Shown one piece after another: positions 58,169-64,000 of a DNA stretch of 64,000 bases (positions are counted from its first letter, which is position 1; each line of letters starts with the position of its first letter). Location of the stretch: NCBI GenBank assembly GCA_002716845.1, contig PBCE01000001.1, positions 10,592 to 74,591 of the forward strand. The letters run 5' to 3'. The stretch is from Flavobacteriaceae bacterium (GTDB taxonomy: Bacteria > Bacteroidota > Bacteroidia > Flavobacteriales > Flavobacteriaceae). A program made the translations under genes and the position numbers. The notes beneath the pieces are model-generated. The model had not been told where the DNA came from, did not search any database, and saw nothing but the letters and a program-made list of their open reading frames with translations.

Positions 58169-59496
58169 TTTTCTTCTTTTTGAGATTCGGGTAGATAGTA
58201 TAATTCCAAACGTTGATTTGTATTAAGATATTTACGGGCGACTTGTCTAATGTCCTCTCGGGAAATGTATTTGTAAAGGTCAAGTTCGTCATTGATCAAG
58301 TAGGTATTTCCATCGTAAAAAGCATAATACTCCGCCAATGAATTTGCTACACCTTCAATATTAGCATTGGCACTTACAAATTCTGATTCAAACTGGTTCT
58401 GTAGTTTTTGATAGTCTTTTTCAGAGATGAGTTCATTTTTAATTTTTTCGACCTCCTCATCAATTTCCGCAACCAACGTGGTGAGCGTTGTTTCCCCCAA
58501 TGGTAAACTTAAAATTACATATGTACTGTAGTCCTCATTATTCATGTTGAAGGCTGCAACCTGAAGGGACATTTTTTGATTGTCGACCAATTTCTTGTAA
58601 AGTTTAGAACTTTTCCCTTTACTGAGGTAGGTAGAAATAACATCCAACACTCTGGCATCTCTGGTATTTCTCCCGGGCGTTCTGTAGGCAAGGAAAATCG
58701 CCGGAATTTGAATGTTAGGATCATAAGCTTCTGCTCGGATGGTTTTCGAAATAGGGCGCTCTTTTGGGAAACTTCTCTCAATGGTCACACCTTTAGGGAT
58801 GGGCGCAAAATAGTCTGAAATCCATTCTTTGGTTTGAAGGATATCAATGTCTCCTGCAACGGTTAAAATAGCATTATTGGGCACGTAATATTTCTTATTA
58901 AACGCCATAAACTCCTCCAAAGTGGCAGCATCGAGGTGTTCCATTTTTCCAATGGTAGTTTGGCTGTAGGGATGGACCTCATACAATTTGGATTTGACCT
59001 CTTCATTCCATTTTCCATAAGGACTGTTGTCATATCGCATTCTTTTTTCTTCTTTGACAACTTCATTTTGAGTATCTACTCCCTTTTGGTCAATAATGGG
59101 GTGAAGCATGCGCTCGGATTCCATCCAGAGTCCTAATTTGAGATTATTGGAAGGAAAGTTTTCGTAATAATAAGTGAAATCGTCGGTGGTGTAGGCGTTG
59201 TTTGAACCTCCATTTCCAGTGACTATCGAAAACCACTTCCCTTTTGGGATGTGCTTTGTACCCTCAAAAAGTAAGTGTTCAAAAAAATGTGCAAAACCAG
59301 TTCTTTCAGGATTTTCATCTTTAGAACCCACATGGTACAATACCGAGGTGGTTACTATTGGAACTGAATTGTCTTGGTGAAGAATCACATGAAGACCGTT
59401 GTCTAAATCATATTCTTCGAAGTCTATTTTTTGACCATAAAAAAGGTGGCAAGTAAAAAACAATGCCAATGGGAAAATAAGGTTAAGTTTTTTCAT
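58165..59496 (-). CDS. M16-family (pitrilysin/insulinase) zinc peptidase, catalytic-type subunit
   Basis: Inverted zinc motif HFFEHLLFEG (HxxEH) and a signal peptide. Confidence 0.88.
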   Translation of the reverse strand: MKKLNLIFPLALFFTCHLFYGQKIDFEEYDLDNGLHVILHQDNSVPIVTTSVLYHVGSKDENPERTGFAHFFEHLLFEGTKHIPKGKWFSIVTGNGGSNNAYTTDDFTYYYENFPSNNLKLGLWMESERMLHPIIDQKGVDTQNEVVKEEKRMRYDNSPYGKWNEEVKSKLYEVHPYSQTTIGKMEHLDAATLEEFMAFNKKYYVPNNAILTVAGDIDILQTKEWISDYFAPIPKGVTIERSFPKERPISKTIRAEAYDPNIQIPAIFLAYRTPGRNTRDARVLDVISTYLSKGKSSKLYKKLVDNQKMSLQVAAFNMNNEDYSTYVILSLPLGETTLTTLVAEIDEEVEKIKNELISEKDYQKLQNQFESEFVSANANIEGVANSLAEYYAFYDGNTYLINDELDLYKYISREDIRQVARKYLNTNQRLELYYLPESQKEEK

Positions 59497-59720
59497 AAGT
59501 TGATGTTTGAGTGTAGTCTCTTCAAATTACTAAATTAAATTCTTTTAATTAAAACGCCTACTAATATGTATTGAACGGACTTAATTATAATCATTTTTTT
59601 TACATATTAAAAAAAATATTTTATATTGGAACGCTGCATTATTGATTTTATCTACTGAGGCTCCGCCAAACAGTAGCTTAATTGTTTCCAGAAATTATTT
59701 TGTTTACCTGTAATAAGCAT

Positions 59721-60386
59721 ATGATGAAAAAAACTATTCTAATATTAGCAGCCTTGTGGCTTCATCATCAAAATGCCATTGGGCAGGTGTTTTCCTACAA
59801 CAGTATGGAAAATGATCAAAATATTGTACACCGCGTGTTGATGGATGACAACTACTATGTTGAAACCCAATTTACTTTGGACACCCAACATTTTATTCAA
59901 ACCTTAGGTGGGTTTTATGAAAAAAAAGGAGGTAAAATATTCGTAAACTTAGAATTCAACTCCAATTATTCCATAGACAGTCTCAAACAATTAGAGGTGA
60001 TGAAGGACAATGGGTGGAAAAAAATCTCTAAATCAACAATGCCCTTACAAGGAAAATGGCTGATGGCAGGCAGGGTGAAAGACAGTAAAGAACAAAGAAG
60101 GGACACCAATCGCCCGAGAAAAACGATGAAAATTTTAAAAGATGGTTTTTTTCAGTGGATCGCATTCAATACAAAAACTTTTTCTTTTCACGGTTCAGGT
60201 GGGGGAAGATACAGTGCTGAAGGGGGTAATTATACCGAAAACATAGATTACTTTTCAAGAGACGATAAGAAGGTTGGAATTTCGTTATCGTTCCAATATC
60301 AAAAAAAGGGAATGGATTGGCATCACACAGGATTTAGCAGTAAAGGGGATCCTTTACATGAAATCTGGTCAGCAAGAACCCCCTAA
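59721..60386 (+). CDS. Secreted hypothetical protein with internal duplication
   Basis: Signal peptide MMKKTILILAALWL...AIGQ. The two halves share G-G-x-Y-x3-G-G-x4-N-x-[ED]-[FY]-x-S (GGFYEKKGGKIFVNLEFNS and GGRYSAEGGNYTENIDYFS). The track ORF starts at an upstream TTG. Confidence 0.6.
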   Translation: MMKKTILILAALWLHHQNAIGQVFSYNSMENDQNIVHRVLMDDNYYVETQFTLDTQHFIQTLGGFYEKKGGKIFVNLEFNSNYSIDSLKQLEVMKDNGWKKISKSTMPLQGKWLMAGRVKDSKEQRRDTNRPRKTMKILKDGFFQWIAFNTKTFSFHGSGGGRYSAEGGNYTENIDYFSRDDKKVGISLSFQYQKKGMDWHHTGFSSKGDPLHEIWSARTP

Positions 60387-60389
60387 GTT

Positions 60390-61343
60390 TTGCGCATCCT
60401 CAACCAGATCCCAGCGGCATTCCCCTGGATAGTATCCATTGCAGCGCTTCTTGCCCTCTACCACCCTCCGATATTCACTTGGTTTTCAGGACAGTGGATT
60501 ACATTGGGTTTAGGGGGAATCATGTTGGGAATGGGTTTAACTTTGCAAATAGAAGACTTTCGTCGTATAACGCAGACGCCAAAATGGGTTTTAACAGGCT
60601 TGTTTTTGCAGTTCACCGTTATGCCTTTTATGGGCTGGCTTTTAGCGCGCGCATTTCAATTACCTCCTTTTTTTTCCGTGGGTCTGATTTTGGTTTCTTG
60701 TTGTCCTGGAGGTACTGCCTCTAATGTGATTGTTTTTCTATCCCGCTCTAATTTAGCACTGTCGGTGTCCATGACCGCGCTCTCTACTATGGTGGCCATA
60801 GTAATGACCCCACTGCTGACCAGTAGCTTGTCAGGAAATGAAATTCAAGTGGATGCTATGGATTTGTTTTACAGTACCTTGAGGGTAGTATTAGTGCCAG
60901 TGGTATTGGGGATTTTACTCAACGTTAAATTACCGAAATACACTTTTAAAATTAAACGATATGCCCCCTCTGTTGCTGTTATATTGATAACGCTCATTGT
61001 TGCCAGTATTATTGGTCAGGGCAAAACCATCATTTTGGGATCTGGTTTTGCTTTGATATTGTCTATAATGACCCTTCACCTGATTGGATTTGTCTCAGGA
61101 TATTTTTTGAGTAAAATTTTATTAAAGGACGAGGGCGTCAGCCGAACTATTTCGGTTGAGGTAGGCATGCAAAATTCTGGGCTGGGGGTGGTGCTGGCAA
61201 AAGAAAATTTTGTGAATCCCGCTGTGGCAATTCCAGCGGCCATTTCAAGCCTTGTCCATTCTTTGTATGGGAGTATTTTTGTGGCCCTATTCAGAATTAG
61301 GGCAAAAAAAGCGTCTGAGAAAAGTGATGCCGATTTAGAATAG
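60390..61343 (+). CDS. Bile acid:sodium symporter (BASS/SBF) family transporter
   Basis: Ten TM-like segments with the CCPGGTASNV block. There is an apparent TTG start and no nearby in-frame ATG. Confidence 0.82.
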   Translation: MRILNQIPAAFPWIVSIAALLALYHPPIFTWFSGQWITLGLGGIMLGMGLTLQIEDFRRITQTPKWVLTGLFLQFTVMPFMGWLLARAFQLPPFFSVGLILVSCCPGGTASNVIVFLSRSNLALSVSMTALSTMVAIVMTPLLTSSLSGNEIQVDAMDLFYSTLRVVLVPVVLGILLNVKLPKYTFKIKRYAPSVAVILITLIVASIIGQGKTIILGSGFALILSIMTLHLIGFVSGYFLSKILLKDEGVSRTISVEVGMQNSGLGVVLAKENFVNPAVAIPAAISSLVHSLYGSIFVALFRIRAKKASEKSDADLE

Positions 61344-61397
61344 ACAAATAAATCTTATATTAATAAATAATTTGGTTAACATAAGCTTTAAAGACCT

Positions 61398-62531
61398 ATG
61401 AAAAAACAGGGTTGCAGCCGGCGAAAATTTACCACCCAATTATTGGGTGGAGTAGCGACCGTGGGCTTAGCACCAACAACAATGTTCACAAAGCAAAACG
61501 TGTCGAAATCAGCTGCTGAAATTGATTGGTATGATGTTAAGCAGATAGGGGTTGAGGGGAAAGGCTGGAAGAATACCAAAAGATACTTTGACCGCTTGCC
61601 TTCAAAAGCAGAGGGGGTTGTTCGGGAGAAAGTTTGGAATTTATCTCGACATTCTGCGGGGATGTGTACGCGTTTTGAAACAAATTCACCCAATATATAT
61701 GTGCGTTATAATCTGTATTTATCGCGTTTGTCTATGTCCCATATGCCCGCAACAGGGGTCAGTGGCCTAGATTTGTACGCCAAAAATACGGAGGGAAACG
61801 AGCGTTGGGTAGCTGTGGTAAGGCCAGATAAGAAGCAAATGAATACGCCTCTTGCCGTAAACCTTAAGTCTGGCAAGCGTCAGTATACCATCTATTTGCC
61901 TTTATATAATGGAGTTGATGATTTTGAGGTAGGTGTCTCCAACGGGCAGACGTTTACTCCCATTGCTCCACGCAAAGAAAAACCCATACTTTTCTACGGA
62001 ACGTCTATAATGCATGGAGCCTGTGCATCACGCCCTGGCATGGCATTCCCAGCAATCTTGGGAAGAAGATTAAATCGCCCGACCATCAATCTTGGGTTTT
62101 CAGGGAATGGCCAAATGGAAGCTGAGGTGGCGGACTTGTTAGCAGAGGTAGATCCTTGTGCCTATGTTATCGATTGTCTTCCCAACATGGATTATAAAAC
62201 TGTTTCTGAAAGGGCGGTTCCACTGGTGAAAAAAATCAGAGAAATGAATCGAGAAACCCCCCTAATTTTGGTCGAGGACCGCAGTTATACCAACAGTCAA
62301 TTTTTTCCCCAAAGAATGGCCCATCACCTAGGCAGCAGAAAAGCCCTAAGAGCGGCTTATGCCAAATTGAAGGCCGTTGGCATTGAAAACGTATTTTACT
62401 TGAATGGTGAAGGTTTATTAGGAACAGATGGAGAAGGAGCAACCGATGGTTCTCACCCCAACGATTTGGGAATGATGCGGTATGCAGATGCTTATGAACC
62501 CGTTTTGAGGGCCATGCTCAAATATTATTAA
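61398..62531 (+). CDS. SGNH/GDSL-type hydrolase with Tat-like signal
   Basis: SRRKFT twin-arginine-like motif. Block I is FYGTSIMHG and block V is DGSHPND. Confidence 0.75.
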   Translation: MKKQGCSRRKFTTQLLGGVATVGLAPTTMFTKQNVSKSAAEIDWYDVKQIGVEGKGWKNTKRYFDRLPSKAEGVVREKVWNLSRHSAGMCTRFETNSPNIYVRYNLYLSRLSMSHMPATGVSGLDLYAKNTEGNERWVAVVRPDKKQMNTPLAVNLKSGKRQYTIYLPLYNGVDDFEVGVSNGQTFTPIAPRKEKPILFYGTSIMHGACASRPGMAFPAILGRRLNRPTINLGFSGNGQMEAEVADLLAEVDPCAYVIDCLPNMDYKTVSERAVPLVKKIREMNRETPLILVEDRSYTNSQFFPQRMAHHLGSRKALRAAYAKLKAVGIENVFYLNGEGLLGTDGEGATDGSHPNDLGMMRYADAYEPVLRAMLKYY

Positions 62532-62624
62532 AAGTCGAATGTTAAATAATATGATTAATTTTATTTAAAAATTGACGGCTGAGAAGATCCTTTGATTCAA
62601 TCAGATAATTTTTTATACAGCAGC

Positions 62625-62993
62625 ATGATAAAAAAAACAAGTTGGCGACCACTGCCTGATTTTTTAACCATTAAACAGAGTAAAATAGAAGGTTTGGGTG
62701 TTTTTACCACCCGTGATTTAGCGGAAGGGTTTGATTTGGGAATCTCTCATGTTTTTGATGAACGTTTTCCTGATGGTTATATTCGATTGCCTTTAGGAGG
62801 TTTTATCAATCACCACGAGATCCCCAATTGTACTGTCTTCGAAGCCAAGGAGGACGAGAAAATGGGCAAGATAAAGCACCTTCGAATAAAAACATTAGAG
62901 GCTGTAACCAAGGATACAGAAATTACCATCAAGTACATTATTAATAGATTGGAAGACCCCAACTGGGAGTTTGAGTATGAAGTATCTCAATAA
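62625..62993 (+). CDS. Minimal SET-domain protein (putative lysine methyltransferase)
   Basis: IEGLGVFTTRDL (GxG), FINHHEIPNC (NHxCxPN-like) and TEITIKY (ELxxxY-like) blocks are present. ATG 62625 is preferred over the track's TTG at 62592. Confidence 0.7.
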   Translation: MIKKTSWRPLPDFLTIKQSKIEGLGVFTTRDLAEGFDLGISHVFDERFPDGYIRLPLGGFINHHEIPNCTVFEAKEDEKMGKIKHLRIKTLEAVTKDTEITIKYIINRLEDPNWEFEYEVSQ

Positions 62994-63007
62994 TTGCAAT
63001 TCGATTT

Positions 63008-63048
63008 AAAAAAAACCCGCTAACTTTTTTAATAATACTTAGCGGGTT
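63008..63048 (-). terminator. Hairpin plus U-run terminator oriented for the minus strand
   Basis: AACCCGCTA (63014-63022) pairs with TAGCGGGTT (63040-63048) across a 17-nt loop. The A-run 63008-63015 lies on the plus side, so the U-run follows the hairpin only on the minus strand. Confidence 0.55.
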
Positions 63049-63339
63049 AATCAATTAAACAAACAAATATGAAGTTTATTAAAGTCTTAGTAAAAATACT
63101 TTATCGTTTGTTAAATATTTCGTAAGGTAAGGTTAAATGGAAGTTAAATTGATTTAAAAAGGGCATCACTTAAAATCCCCACGTATTAACCATGAATAAA
63201 TTCAAATAATGAATCGAGAACTCAAAATTTCCTTCAAAAATTTAAATTATAGCAATTGGACCTTTTTTTACCATATAAATGGATTTTTTTAAAAAAAATC
63301 AGTTAAAATGCTCATTTGTTTTTTACTATTAATATTTTA

Positions 63340-64000
63340 TTAATTTACATTGTTAATTAGAAATGAAATCCACTCTTTCTCAAAAAGACTCGGATTCAAT
63401 AAATGATAAAATTCAGATACTTTTTTGGGGTTCTTCTGAAGTTCTTTATAATTCTTAAAATCAATTCGCTCTGGAAAATAATTTTTTAGGTGCACGGCCA
63501 TGTGTTTATTGGGAACTTCAATATGCCATCCTGCAGGGTCTATAATAGGTGAGAAAATAGCAAATGTTGGTATTTTTAAGCTTTTTGCCATGTTAATTGC
63601 CCCGCCTTCATTTCCCAAGATGGCCACACAATGGTAAACCGTTTTCATGAAGTCCCTCAAAGAGCACGGGGTCAATTGTTTTACTATTGCATTATTAGTG
63701 GACGCCGGTAAATGATCCATCAAACCCATTATTTTATCTTCTTGATCGGGACGGTAATTTAATATGATGGGCAGCTGTGTTGTTTTATAAGTCACCTCAA
63801 TCAAACGGGCCAAATATTCAAAGGGATAGGTTTTTATATCGCTACTTCCCATGGCTGAAATCATAATGGCTTTTTTTTCTTTGCCTATCACCTCGTCCAT
63901 TTTTTTTCTGGAAGACAGCTTTTCTTCATCACTCAGGAATATTTCTACTTCGCTGTCTTTTGGAGCATCTCCCATTATGGGTTCCAACAATTGAAACCGG
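63340..64000 (-). CDS. Glycosyltransferase family 9 (heptosyltransferase-like), 5' end outside window
   Basis: GNEGGAINMAKSLKIPTFAIFSP matches the GT9 C-terminal block. The frame stays open to nt 63999, so the start is beyond the window. Confidence 0.8.
   Translation of the reverse strand, partial: RFQLLEPIMGDAPKDSEVEIFLSDEEKLSSRKKMDEVIGKEKKAIMISAMGSSDIKTYPFEYLARLIEVTYKTTQLPIILNYRPDQEDKIMGLMDHLPASTNNAIVKQLTPCSLRDFMKTVYHCVAILGNEGGAINMAKSLKIPTFAIFSPIIDPAGWHIEVPNKHMAVHLKNYFPERIDFKNYKELQKNPKKVSEFYHLLNPSLFEKEWISFLINNVN

Noticed and set aside
59652-59676. GC-richer hairpin CTACTG...CAGTAG in the divergent M16 / hypothetical spacer
   Set aside because: The stem is only 6 bp with a 13-nt loop, there is no U-run, and I can judge no conservation. 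That is insufficient to call a regulatory element.

Overview
AT-rich, gene-dense chromosomal core region of a Bacteroidota genome, most likely Flavobacteriaceae. The assignment rests on the ssb-gldE-gldD gliding-motility synteny, four TonB-dependent receptors (three with CarboxypepD_reg-type N-termini), TAnnTTTG -7 promoter boxes, and almost no Shine-Dalgarno sites before start codons. About 55 protein genes can be called, nearly all housekeeping. Fatty-acid initiation: fabH-accB-accC. Vitamin and cofactor genes: ribE, pdxA, panC, panD, 5-FTHF cyclo-ligase. Central metabolism: asd, alr, tdk, pgi, gdhA, atpD-atpC. Translation: ileS, rpmF, rsmI, plus two tiny basic ORFs that the 60-aa ORF track misses (THX-like, bS22-like). 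DNA repair: recJ, uvrC, recO, radA, recX, mutY, ssb. RNA and nucleoid: rng, HU. Envelope: lspA, an M23 peptidase, an M16 peptidase pair, acyltransferase, gldD/gldE. Both window edges cut genes: a sulfatase on the left and a GT9 glycosyltransferase on the right. I found no rRNA, tRNA, CRISPR array, transposase, integrase, phage gene or recognisable defence gene. I see no convincing multi-gene novel system; this looks like an ordinary core region. The best leads are small-scale. (1) A self-contained mini-gene at 4545-4756 (minus strand) has an unusually long anti-SD complement, a 20-codon ORF and a perfect terminator, in a lineage that normally lacks SDs. (2) hup, a tiny basic ORF, three tandem hairpins and rng lie in series on one strand. 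(3) A GlgA-like half protein lacking the KTGGL motif is paired with a DUF4270 lipoprotein carrying thrombospondin-type Ca-binding repeats. (4) A minimal (~122 aa) SET-domain protein. (5) A decayed CDGSH iron-sulfur gene. All coordinates come from manual reading; no database search or folding computation was possible.
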